DNA from: Camelus ferus
Lineage: Eukaryota
Assembly (NCBI RefSeq): GCF_009834535.1
Contig: NC_045721.1
Span: forward strand, 11,284,001 to 11,348,000
Reading direction: 5' to 3'
Length of the DNA: 64,000 bases
Below the pieces are notes generated by a model. The model was not told the DNA's origin and ran no database searches. It saw only the letters and a list, made by a program, of their open reading frames with translations. Position numbers and translations under genes: made by a program. Shown here one piece after another: positions 1 to 11,501 of this stretch. Every line of letters starts with the position of its first letter. Positions within the stretch are counted from its first letter, which is position 1.

Positions 1-245
1 TTTTTTCATTGTGTGAAAATTTGGTTAAATCTCTCTCTTGTCAATGCACATTTAGGTTACTTTCATTACAAGTCTTCAGTAAGATCCTGTGACATACATC
101 AAAATAATTTGGTGAATATATATGTAAGATAAATTCTTAGAATTGGAATCAGTATGTCAAAATGTATATGCATTTTAAGTAGAGGTTACCAAATTGACCT
201 CTAAAAATGTCAATTTATACTTCCATCAATAGCATGTGAAAGTAC
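1..245 (-). mobile_element. Old L1 (L1M-type) 3' fragment
   Basis: Resembles the antisense L1M 3' region (gtaagataaattcttagaattggaatc...tttatacttccatcaatagcatgtgaaagt). Confidence 0.55.
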
Positions 246-894
246 TTTGAACTAACTTAATTTTACTGTTAACTTGGAAGAATCCCCTTCATGATTGTGT
301 TATAACAGGGAAAAGATCATGATTCTGGAGTCACACGTGGACTGTCGATAGAGAATATTTTCCATGAGCCTGTTTTCCAGACTGAGACAGTGCTTCTCCT
401 TTTTTGCATGTAAATCACCTTCCCATCTTGATCGCTGTTTCTTGGGATGATTAAGTGGTCCTGAGAGACTCCTTAGAAATGCCACATTTTCCATTCAGTT
501 GTAAAATGTTAATAGTACACTTCCATTTGCAGACCACGTTTACCTTCTTGAAAAAGCAAGAGTTCCTTTTGAAGGAATGCTTTGCTGCTTTCCTGTTTCT
601 TTTCTTTTTAAACATCTAGAGTTAAACCTGTTTTGCTTGTGGGACCTAAGAAGAAGCTGCGCAGTTTTCCTTTGGAGGAAAAAATTACTCTCTGAGGCTA
701 GAACATCCCCTCCATCCCCACCCTTCACGTCTCCTGGAGGTGGGAAGTGGGGTTTGGCCGAAACCTGAAAGACTGCCACTTCCTGTGTGACGCTAGCAAG
801 GTGCCTCCACAGACGGCTTTAGTCTTCTGACCTTTAACATGAAGGGGTAGAACCAGGCCACGGGGTGTGAGCGAGGTTTTCTCCATCTGCTTTG

Positions 895-955
895 TTCCCT
901 ATACTTTGCATTTAGTGGATGCTCAGGAAATACTGAGTGAATGAGTGGATGAATC
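895..955 (+). mobile_element. L2 3'-end fragment
   Basis: tagtggatgctcaggaaatactgagtgaatgagtggatgaat resembles the L2 3' terminus. Confidence 0.5.
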
Positions 956-3900
956 TATACAGCCATTTCCAGCCAGACAATCACTTGTCCTCATTTTAGA
1001 AAACAATCCATAGAACACTAACTGTTTCGAACAAAAGAAACTTCCATTTGCTTTCCCTTGCTTTAAGTTGGAGAACAGTCAGACACCAAAACTGAAGTTT
1101 GGAGCTGAGGGACTCTTAACTGGGACCTTGCCCTTTGTCTCCACACTTGCTCCACACCAACTGCTGTTAGAAGGCAGAGCCAGGCACTGAGGGAGCCACA
1201 TGGCTCTTTTATACAGTTCAAAACTGAACTGACCACTTCCTGCTGAAGCCCAGCTCTCATTTTGGCTGTAAGGAACAATGAAAGTACCTATTAAAGCCCA
1301 GCCAGAAGAAAGGACTCTATAATAAAGAAAACCTCACATTGCTAGGTTTGAACTTTTGGCCTGCAGATCTGCATAGCCCTTTTTCCTGACTGCTGAAATC
1401 CTGATTCCTCTTTCTGTGCTTTCTAAATATAATGGCACCAAACTAGGATCCCTTCCCCTTGGTTGTTTTAAGATCCCCCACCCAGTGCACCATTTGTGAT
1501 GAGTAGTTTCCCTTTAGAAACATTTTCTCTTCTCCGAAGTACAGACACCAAAGAGATGCAGAGATGTTCTACTCCATTGCCAGCTGCGGGATCTATGTGC
1601 AGAATTGGAAATTGAAAGGAAAATTTAGGAAATGGATTTCGTAGCTCTCTGGCCCAGTTAGTACGCTATGTCATTTAAAAACCTACCAATGCTGTAACTA
1701 TGATGTAGGCAGACTTCCCAGAAAAGTGTTTTCCATTCTCACCCTTTTTATACCTTTAATTGTAACCCAGAATTTGGAAACAGGGTGATCTAACACCAGC
1801 ATAAAACCAGAATATATTTGATATATTCCATGTGCCATTGGATCTGAGCCTTGAGAATTTGGGCTGTTGGCCAGAGTTTTTCAGGATTTTTTTAGGCGTG
1901 TTTTTCTGAACCAGTGGTTTGCCTGTGAAATTTGAAAGTATTTTAGGTGTCAAGACATATTTGTTCCCTCCTCTTTCTGGCTCTTCTAAATGCAGAAGGT
2001 AGCAGCTGCTGCAAACAGTAAGAATCTAGCTGCTGGTAAGGAGGTGCCCCACACAAGAGTCAGGAAAATGATGCAACCAGTACGGGCTTCAGGGGTGTTC
2101 TCTGATCCCACAGAAGACAGCTACTGCTTATCTCTTGCTGGAGAAATCAGTTTCATTGAGAAGGGCCACATGTAGACACCTATTTTTGAGTAGCCCTAAG
2201 ACCATTAACAGCTGAGATGCTATGCAGTCTTGGGGTGCCTGTGGGTGATCAGAGTGAATTATGGTCGTCTCACCAGCTGTGGATTTAAGAATGCCTCAGG
2301 TCAGAAGGTGGTGTGCCTGTTACCAAACTAGGCAACTTTTTGAAATGCAAAAATCACAATATGCATTTGTAATGTCCAGTTACATGGGACAGTGCACATT
2401 TCAAGTGAGCCTCACTTTCAGGATGATGTCTGTGTAACTAAAGTCCTTTATACCTGCTGGGGAAGTGCGTGGCTGGGAGTGTCCTTACTGCCATCCTCTG
2501 ATTACTATGTGCTTTAGGCAGTGACCATTGAGTGACAAACACACAGCATCTAAGAAATAAAGAAAAATGGACCTGCCCACACGCTTGTCCTTGAAACCAC
2601 CCTTCCTTCTAATACGCAGTGCTCCTGGCCTGACTTACCTAAGTGGTTATGGGATACAGAGCTCATCAAAGCCACTGACTCACACAGTTCCCACAAGAAA
2701 GGACTAGAACACACACAGGGCAAGGGAGAAAATCACTTCCTTCCAACTGCCTGAACACAAAAAGTAGTTTTTTTGTGCTAAAGCAGAACCTCTTGGCTCC
2801 CTTTGGTAATCCAGGGAATAAGAAGTGTTACTGATTATTTTTTTTTTTTTGTAAGGATTCCTGCTCCTTATAGATTGAAAAGTTTTCCAGCGGCAGCTTG
2901 TGGGAACTAGAGATAAAGGAATGGTGGCAGCAAGATAACCATCAGCCTAGAGGTATTTTATTTCAGGGGCAGCTTTGAGACCACATGCACATAAGGAGAC
3001 AATGGAGAGAGAGGCTGAAATGATAGACTATTAGTGCTGGAAGGGGCCTGCGTGGGGCTGCAGACCAATCAGTTTCCACTTGAGGAAACTCTGCCAGGTA
3101 AGACTGACAGCTTATGTTCAGGTTTCATCCCGCTGTACACCCTCAGATCAGAGTAGGAGCGGAAAGGGTCACGTCAGAAGTGTCAAAGAGAGCCGTGCAG
3201 GAAGGCCAGCCAGTCAAGGGGTGGGAATAAGCACGAGGCTTAAAGAGGGGGCCAGCCAAGACACTGATTTGTCACAAACCCCCCTGGCCGGTTGGTGGGG
3301 GGACCAGGAGTCCTGACCATAGGCTGTCCCTGTCGCTGGAGGCGCCGATGAAAGCCTTGGCCAGGATTCTGATCACACTCCCTCCCTCCCCCATCCTTAT
3401 CTTCTGTGTGTTGATAACAAATAAAGAATCTGACACCACGATGGTGGTGGGCTTCTGCGGTCCAGAATGCAGAAAGTCCAGGAACTTGACATGTTTCCAT
3501 CCCACTGCCCTCTTGCTCCTCACCTGGGTGTTTGGTGGCTGAGGCTGTGTTCTTCGAGGGCCCCATACACAAGGGGTCTCTCTTCTCTCTTTGCTAGCCT
3601 CAGAGCTAGGGGGTGATCCTCCTCGTCCTCTCTCAGCCTCTGCTGCTAGAGGGAATGGGAGAGGAACTGTCCCAGCTGCCCTAGGCTTCATCTGTCCACA
3701 TTGCTAACTGAGCCCTGGGGAGCTTGGGCTGGGGGCACCCATGGACTCCAGGGTTTCAGAGCCTGCTGAGTTCAGCTGCAGTCCAGATCTCCCCTCCTCC
3801 GCTGGCTGTTTCTTTCATGTCTCCATTCCTACAATCGAGGGGAGAGACACAGGCGTGTAAAGCTGACTGGTCCCGACTGTGCCACCGCTGCTTGGCTTAT

Positions 3901-5254
3901 AATTAACCTGGGCCTCCTGGAAAGGATAGAAATCACTCATTCAGCCCTGCTGGCGGGCAGTCCGCCTGTCACTAGCAGTGTGGGTAGTTGGGAAGGAAAA
4001 CTTGTTATGATCTTGATAAACCACTGGGAAGCCAGAGTGATCGCCTCCTGGAGACCAGGACCAGGAGAAACATCGGGCCTCCTTCGGGGTCTGCTGAGAT
4101 GGTGGCCCCATGGCCCTGCTCTGTGGCACCAGGCATCTCTTTGCACCCAGATCCTATATTCAATGAACTGTGTGTACCAACTCCGTCCTCTTGGGGGCTT
4201 TGCACTGGGGCTGGTACTGGGCGGGAGGCTCCTCCTGTCATTCGTTGATGCTGCCCCCAATCAGTAGGGCTGGGCACGGATGTCAGTGCCTGAGCATGTG
4301 GTCATCCACCTCACTTTCTCCTGCCCGTGGAGCGTCCCAAGTACGGAGACCCCAAGTTGATGTGAGAGGCTTGGTGCCAGCCCATCGTGTCCCCTCTTTG
4401 GCTCAGGGGACAGGAGAAAGCAGAGAGGGACTCAGGCATAGAAGGTTATTACCTATTCAGAAGCAGCCCTACAAAGGCCACGTGCCTCTGAGTGAAGTGA
4501 TGCAAAGCTAACAGACGGTTCACTTCCTTTAGGGCCCTTCTCCACTTGCTCCTGGGCCTCTGTGCTTGTTTGCCCTGCCCTTAGGTGACACCCAGTCAAC
4601 CGGATGAGGTGCACAACTGCCTATTTCCTTGAATCTGAGACCCGAGTTTCTTTCACATTTTAACCTTCAGGATAATAGGATGTATTTTACAATCTACAGG
4701 TACAGCTAATTTTTTTTAATCCTCCTAAAAGCTGTTATTAAAATAGTAGGTGCATCTTTGAGTCAGTTCTTAGAATGAAGGAAATGAATATTATTTCAGT
4801 TGGCCCTTTCCTGTCTCCAATTTCATTTACCTTTTCTTACCTATTTTTTACCTGAAATCTTGTTTCATTGTGAACTCTCCATCTCATATGTTGATACAAC
4901 GAGTAAAGTCCAGTCTTTGCACTGTCTGGACCGGCTCTATGTCTCACTGTCTGTGACTTTTCTGAACATCTTTGTGCTCTGCGGAGACCTGAAGTGGTGA
5001 TGGCACTTTCCCAGAATCACATCAGTATCCACGTACACCAGTCCTGGGACTGTGGGGCCTGGGAAGGATGCCCTTTCCCCTGAGATCTGTTTCTTCTTTT
5101 ATAAAATCATGTTCCTCTGTTTTCTATGTCTGTGGGTCTGCCCTGCCCCCCACACCTCCAGGGTGTTTGTCAAAACTCACTAAAAGAGGGGAATTTTACT
5201 GTAATGAAATTGTACCTTCTGTAAACCTGACTTTTTGAAAAACACCCAACCAAG

Positions 5255-5705
5255 CCACACACGTTCAAGTTTGTTGTTGTTATTACAGCACTGTTTGCAA
5301 CATAGTATAAGCAACCTAAGTGTCCATCCAGAGGGAGCTTGTTAAATAAATTATGATAACGTGCCTATGAGCATATATTATGGGATAGCTGTTAAAAAGG
5401 ATTAGATCAATCTGTACATCATTTGAAGTGGAATGTCTGCAAGCCATGGTGGCAAGTGAAGAAAAGGAATATTCCCAACAGTGGGCACTGTTTGCTTTCC
5501 GTTGTGGAAATCTGTGTTGCTTGTTCGGCAGCTCTCCAGAAGGATGCATGAGAAATTGCCAGCAGGGGTTTCCTCTGATAAGAGGGACTGGGTGCTCAGG
5601 GACAGAGTAGGAGGGAGACTTCATTGGCACTGTATACATTTTTTGCATTTTTAATTTTATTCATTATGGATATATTGTCTATTCAAGAAATAGATAAAAA
5701 CAAAA
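5255..5705 (+). mobile_element. Old L1 (L1ME-like) 3' fragment in the upstream PRAG1 intron
   Basis: acagcactgtttgcaaca...caacctaagtgtccatcc...tgtatacattttttgcatttttaa resembles the L1ME 3' UTR. Confidence 0.6.
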
Positions 5706-5811
5706 TAAAATAAATTGCTTTGACAAAAAAAAAAAAAAGTAAAAGTCCACAGGACCCTGGAACTGAGCAGCATGGGCCTCTAGCCTGATGGTTTCTGTTT
5801 CTCTTCTTCAG

Positions 5812-6548
5812 GCCCGTCGTCTGAGCCGACTCACTCGCCCACCAACAGCGGGAAGAAGCTCTTTGCCCCTGTTCCATTCCCTTCGGGCTCTACAGAGGAT
5901 GTGTCCCCCAGCGGCCCCCTGCAGCCCCCACCTCTCCCCCAGAAGAAGTTAGTGAGCCGGGCAGCCTCTTCGCCAGATGGCTTCTTCTGGACCCAAGGTT
6001 CCCCCCAGCCAGGAACAGCAAGTCCCAAGCTGAACCTCAGCCACTCGGAAACTAACGTCTGTGTCCACGAAGAGTCCCACTTCAGCCACTCCTCGGGCCC
6101 CGGCAACCGCCACCATCACATCTCCACTTCTGAGCCTCTGGAGAAAACTTTCAAAGGCAATGGCCACTGGGGCCTGGCACCAGGGCTGGCTGGCAGCAAA
6201 AGCCTCCAGGGCAAAGGGGTCTCCTCTGCCTCATCATCCCAGCTGAGTGTGTCCAGCCAGGCCTCCACGGGCAGCACCCAGCTCCAGCTGCACAGCCTCC
6301 TAGGCAGCATCAGCAGCAAGGAGGGCACCTACGCCAAGCTGGGAGGGCTCTATGCCCAGTCCCTGGTCCGCCTTGTGGCCAAGTGTGAGGACCTCTTCAT
6401 GGGCGGCCAGAAAAAGGAGCTGCACTTCAGCGAGAATAACTGGTCCCTTTTCAAGCTGACCTGTAACAAGCCCTGCTGTGACTCGGGGGACGCCATTTAT
6501 TACTGTGCCACCTGCTCCGAGGACCCCGGCAGCACCTACGCTGTGAAA
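5812..6548 (+). CDS. PRAG1: PRAG1 (SgK223/Pragmin/PEAK2) penultimate coding exon, 737 nt
   Basis: Acceptor tttctcttcttcAG ends at 5811 and donor GTaggt starts at 6549. Translation (G)PSSEPTHSPTNSGKKLFAPVPFPSGSTEDVSPSG...PPPLPQKKLVSRAASSPDGFFWTQGSP...SKEGTYAKLGGLYAQSLVRLVAKCEDLFMGGQKKELHFSENNWSLFKLTCNKPCCDSGDAIYYCATCSEDPGSTYAVK matches recalled human PRAG1. The exon starts in phase 1 and ends in phase 0. Confidence 0.97.
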
Positions 6549-6816
6549 GTAGGTACCACCCCCACTTCCATTCCACAGCGTGACCAGCCGGTCCTGGCTG
6601 GGGCATTAATGTGGCTTGAGAAGCCATTTCCCCTCTGCCAGTTCCAGAAGGAGGCTAGTTTCCTAGGATGCTCAGTGATTTCACTCCCTACCTGACCCAG
6701 GACATGGTACAGTGTGATTCGTACTATAAATAGAAGATCATTCTGTGCTTTCAGGAATGAACCCATGTGATTGAGTTGGATTAAGAAGACAATGGCCTTT
6801 TAATGTAACAGAGAAG

Positions 6817-6945
6817 TCATTCGTTTATTCAGCAGGTTTCTCCTGAGTACCTACTATGAGCTGGGTATTTTGTATAGATCTGAGTATCTAGAGGTGAACA
6901 TGTGGTTGCTATGGAGCTTATAATCTAATAAGAGAAATAGAGAAT
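6817..6945 (-). mobile_element. L2 3'-end fragment
   Basis: tcattcgtttattcagcagg...gagtacctactatgagctggg resembles the antisense L2 terminus. Confidence 0.65.
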
Positions 6946-7009
6946 TAAGATACTATTCTTAAAACAGAGTTGGAAGGAGAGTTAGACCCAGGCATCACCT
7001 TGAACAATA

Positions 7010-7215
7010 AGGTAATAGCATTGATTGAGCAGTTACTATACAACTCGACTCTTGAATGGGTGTATCAGCTGCATGACCTTGAGTCCTCACAGGGTAGGTA
7101 GGTTTTACAGGTGAGGAATCTGAGGCTCAGAATGATTAAGTAATCTGCCCACAGCCAGCTGGTGCCTGAGATGGACTTGAACTCTGCTTTATCTTGTCTC
7201 CAAAGCCTGTGTTAC
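7010..7215 (-). mobile_element. MIR SINE
   Basis: Core ttttacaggtgaggaatctgaggctcagaatgattaagtaatctgccc. Confidence 0.75.
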
Positions 7216-8422
7216 CGTCCTGTCAGTTAAGAAAAAGGAAACCAGTGGATAGACCTTGGTGCTATAAAGAAAAGAGTCCCAGGGGTCTCCTGTTTGATTT
7301 TGCTGGAACCTTGGCATCTCAGGGACTATCTCTGTAATGTGTGAGAAGAATATTTGGAGAAGAGCTTCAAGTATTCAGAGTCTAGGGAACAATAATATCA
7401 ATTTGCAAATGTGCCTGTCCTCCTGATGGGGAGGCTGGGCGTGGAGCATCCTTCTGCACGAGCAGCTGTTCCACTTCATTAGTGATGGTTCTAGACGGAA
7501 TACAGTTGTCTGAATCTGCTGAATCCGCAGGAGGGGGAGTGGGGCACCTTCCCGTGCGGCCTGTCTGTCGCTGAGTCATTTCATCCGTGCCTGGGAAGCA
7601 GGAGGCTTGGGTGCGGGTCCCCTTTAACAAAAGCAGGCTCACACCTGCTCTGGCTGACGCAGTCCCTCCGTTTGTGGGCTCAGCGCCCTGGAGCAGCGAG
7701 GCAAGAAGCCAGCTCATGTAGCCCTACTCCACGAGTATGGAGTGGAAAAAAAATCCATTGCTGTGCGTGTTTTCGAAGCTGTTTCATGCCTCAGTCAGCC
7801 AGAACTCCAGCTCGGTAATTAGGCACCTATGTTAAGCCAGCTGGGCCTTTTTTATTTAACAGATGTGACTTAGCCCAGATTTTCAACCACGAATCAGGCC
7901 ATGGCACCAAGGTTTAAAGTGAGACTTGGCTCTGCGAAACGTTTGAAATTTGAGCTGAACCAAAGGTTTGTATGAAGGTCCTGACCCAAAACCCCAGCAC
8001 AGAACCCCCTGAAAATGAACTTGAGGCGGGTTAGAGGAGATGGGATGGAAGAGAAGTCTCCTTATTCCCCACCCCCACCCCCAATTTAACACTGTAGAAT
8101 GATCCTGCGGGGGTGGGGGGGTTGTTTCAGGGCTTCCCTGCTTCACATGCGCTCTGTCTCTGGTTTGGGGCAGTGAGGAAGCTGCAGGTCTTGCTGGAGG
8201 ACCAGCTCACTGATTCTGAAATGCATCCTTTACTCTGTTCCTTCCTTTACATCTCTGTGCAAACTGTCTGGAACTCAGAGGGAGGAGTGTTTGCTGGGCC
8301 CAGGCCCCCCAACCCCCGACCCCTGCAGATGCATCCTCTAGGTTTGTGTAGTCACCTGCCAGTCCGCTCTGGATTGCTGGGCACTACAGCCTGGCTACAG
8401 ACAGATCAGGAAGGGTAGTCAC

Positions 8423-9238
8423 CATAGCAACCTTTCCCACCAAGTGCTCAATGGGGCCAGGCATTGTGTCCTTTAATGCTCCCAAAGACCCTGTGAGGAG
8501 CAACACTGCCTCTAATATACAGAGGAGAAAACAGACTTTGATTATAAATACAGCTGATCCTCAGTAATCATGGATTCTGAATTTGTGAATTCGATGCTGA
8601 AATTTATTAATAACCCCACATCATTACTAGGGTGCTTTTGTGTTCACTCCTGGACTTGCACAGAGTTGGGGGGTCTGAGTCACCCAACATACAAACCCCC
8701 AGCTGAGGTAGAACAAGGGGGCCTTCTGCCTTGTGTCAGCTCTCATGCTGTAAGCCAGTGTCCTTTTTGTGTCTATTTAGTGCCTCATCTTCACATTTTT
8801 GTGCTTTTTGTTGGTGATTTCACGGTTTAAAATGTCCACGCTGACGTCCTGTCTCGTATTCCTAAAGTCAGGAAGGCTGTGAAGCACCTTTGAGAGGGTG
8901 TTAGATAAGCTTTGTTTAGGCTTGAGTTAGAACACTCTTGGCCGTGAGTCATTGTTAGTGAATCAACAATATCCGTGAATAATGCGTCTTTAAACAGAAA
9001 CACACATAAAACAAAGTAATATATTGTCCAGTTGGTGAGCATCTTGTGACCAGAGGCTTGTAAGTACTTCACACGGTATTTCTCCAGGAGCAATGGTTCA
9101 GTCTTCACGCATTTAGTGTTAGTGGCTACTTAATAGAACATAACCACCGCAAATAATGAATTAATGGTAACTTGCCAATGTTTGCTAGTTCATGTTTAAA
9201 GTCAGGCCCTTTCACTCCAAAGCCCATACTTTTCACCT
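8423..9238 (-). mobile_element. MIR SINE split by a MER82 insertion (pieces about 8423-8550 and 9168-9238)
   Basis: The left piece ends ...tacagaggagaaaacagactttgattataaaTA and the right piece resumes TAacttgcc...ctccaaagcccatactttt, which is collinear with the MIR consensus gttaagTAacttgccc. Confidence 0.65.
8551..9167 (-). mobile_element. Near full-length TcMar-Tigger non-autonomous DNA transposon (MER82-like)
   Basis: TA|cagctgatcctcagtaatcatggattc terminus, internal tttttgtgctttttgttggtgatttc and ttaaacagaaacacacataaaacaa, other terminus gaacataaccaccgcaaataatga...|TA. TA target duplication present. Confidence 0.8.
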
Positions 9239-9249
9239 CCAGAACACTT

Positions 9250-9347
9250 CTCAGTTGTATAATCTTGGGCAAATAATTTAATGTCTTGAAGCCTCAGTTT
9301 CCTCCTCTGTAGTAACATGTATCTCATGAGGTTGTTCAGTGAGATTT
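9250..9347 (+). mobile_element. MIR SINE fragment
   Basis: cttgggcaaataatttaatgtcttgaagcctcagtttcctcctctgta core. Confidence 0.7.
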
Positions 9348-10759
9348 ACAACACAAAAATTTTTGAGTAGGTATGGCGGAAGAGATCAGGAGGGTGAGAC
9401 GTCTTCACTGGAGGCGAGTGACAATGTCAGTTTCTATGGGATGGCACATCAGACAGGTCCACACACAGTGGTCAGTATTCACATGCAAGACCATTTTTGA
9501 GGACCCCTCCAAATTTCCTAGTGTTCCAAAAGACTGTCATTTAAAAACCGAATACAGCTGGATGGACTAAGATAAGAAAGAGCCTCTAGCAATACTCTTT
9601 ACATGTGTATCCTGAAATCGTTTTTGTTAGTGTCATAGAAAGCAAGGTCCGGGAGAAAATGTACTTCCCTTTTATTTCTGTTCTACTTCTCTAGTAGAGC
9701 GGTCACTAAATTAATGTGCAACCCTCCCAGCCCACCAATTATCTTTTAAAAAGTTTCCTCAGAGGCTGAACTCTTTTATGCCAGGTTTCAGGCTGAGAAG
9801 GTTTGTAAAGCTGCAGTGTAAATAAATCTCTTTGAAAAGGTGCTTGCAATAGAACTTCTAAAAACATCACCTGTAAGCATTGTGGCACTTTGTAAACACT
9901 GCTCTAAGCATTTGAATGCAGCCACGCAGCAGCCCGAAGGGTTATTTTGAGGTTGTTTGCGGGATGATATTATATAGGTGAAGGCGAGATGCCTTTCTTC
10001 TCAGGATTACACACTGATCCTTACCTTTCTATAAAGCACGGCTGGGGTTGCATCATCTTTTGAGAGGGGGTGCCCACGGACCACCGTCAGTCCCTTTCAG
10101 TAATTAGAGGGAAATCGAGGCCTAACAGGCCATTATGTCTAGCTCAAGACTCAAGTTGTGTGGCCATCAGATGCAGATTCACATTGCTCAGCATCCTCAG
10201 GCAGCTGGCGCTGTCAGTAGTGCAAGTGGAAGATATAGAAGAGTCAAGAAAGAGACTATGGGAATTCCCCAGAAGAGTTTGAGATCATTCACGTGTTTAT
10301 TCCCACCTTCAGTTCAGAGGGAGCCTTTGGGCCCTTTGGATTTCCTATTCCCTGGAGAGCTTTCTGGTTTTCTTTTTTTTTCTTCTTCAGCTGCTATGAC
10401 TCACTCTTAGAGGAAAAGTGTGTGGCTTCCACTTAGCGGCTCACTAAAATCAGCTGGTCATGCCAGCCAGTAGGCAGGGCATATTTCCCTGGCTCTAGAA
10501 ACTCGGGCATCCTAAGAGAATTTGGCCAAGTCCTAGAGGTTTAGGACCTGGGTCAGCTCTAAAGTTCCCTAAGAAGGGAGCATCCCAGCGGTTAGACACA
10601 CCTGCTGTCAGGTAGCTGCTGATTCCCCTGTGAGGCTGACTGCATGTGTAAGTGCTTACCTGGCTTCCTGAGAATCTGTTGCCCCACACACTGTGCAGAA
10701 GGGTATCTTCCTCCCAGTTCCAATGGGCCACACTGCACACTGTTCTGCAGGGAACTCAC

Positions 10760-11460
10760 TCTTGCTGGGTTGAATGATAATTTTAGGTTTAACTTTTTAA
10801 GAAATTGCCAAACTGTGTTCCAAAGTGATGATACCATTTTACATTCCACCAGCAAAATATGAGAGTTCCCATTTCTCCATAGCCTAATAGACACTGACAT
10901 TTTATTATAGCCATTCTGGTGGGTGTCAGCTGGTATCTTGTGGTTTTGATTTTCATTTCCCTCATGACTCATGATATTGAACATCTCGTGTGCTCATGAC
11001 CATTTACATATTTCTTTGGTGAAATGCCTATAAATATCTTATGCCTACTTTTTGACTGGGTAATTTATCTTATTACTGCATTGCAGGAATTTTAGGTAAA
11101 TTGTGGATAGGAATCATTTTATCAGATAATGTATTTTGCAAATATTTCCTCACACTCTATTTCTTGTCTTTCCATTTTGTTAGTATCTTATGAAGCACAC
11201 AAATTTTGAATTTCAATAAAGTCAAGTTTATCCTTTTTTTGTTTTATGGCCCATGCTTTTGGTGTGGTATCTGAGAAATTTTTGCCCAACCCAAGGTCTC
11301 AAAGATTCTTTCCTATGTTTTCTTCAGAAAATGTGTATGTTTTGACTCTCACACCTAAGTCTCTGTGATCCATTTTGAGTTGATTTGTGTGTACAGTGCG
11401 AGGTTGGGGTTTGAGTTCACCTTTTTGCATGTGGATATCTAAATGTCCTAACACCATTTG
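10760..11460 (-). mobile_element. Old L1M ORF2 3'-region fragment, antisense to PRAG1
   Basis: aaattgccaaactgtgttccaaagtg...ttttgattttcatttccctcatgact...ggatatctaaatgtcctaacaccatttg. Minus-strand translation fragments such as HWQMVLGHLDIHMQK resemble L1 ORF2p. Confidence 0.85.
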
Positions 11461-11501
11461 CCAGTGATGGCTCTTGACCTGACTTCTCCTTTTCCCTACA
11501 G

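Larger units (their letters stand above)
6549..11501 (+). other. PRAG1: Last intron of PRAG1 (4953 nt, GT-AG, phase 0)
   Basis: GTAGGT donor at 6549. Branch-point candidates TTGAC (11474-11478) and CTGAC (11479-11483), a pyrimidine tract, and AG at 11500-11501. Confidence 0.95.

Noticed and set aside
1-5811. Upstream PRAG1 exon (expected ...KMNKSSSDLEK...) or another gene
   Set aside because: No matching sequence found. This stretch reads as intron with repeats, and its short ORFs lack homology and splice support.
5901-6695. 264-aa ORF as a standalone gene or truncated PRAG1 isoform
   Set aside because: It is the PRAG1 exon read from an internal GTG and past the GT donor at 6549. The last 48 codons are intronic and unlike PRAG1, and I saw no nearby AATAAA to support an intronic-polyA isoform.
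8072-8119. 11-bp inverted repeat CCCCCACCCCC / GGGGGTGGGGG in the intron
   Set aside because: Low-complexity and far from splice sites, so likely chance.
9350-9580. Possible additional DNA transposon fragment
   Set aside because: It looks repeat-like, but I could not assign termini or a family.
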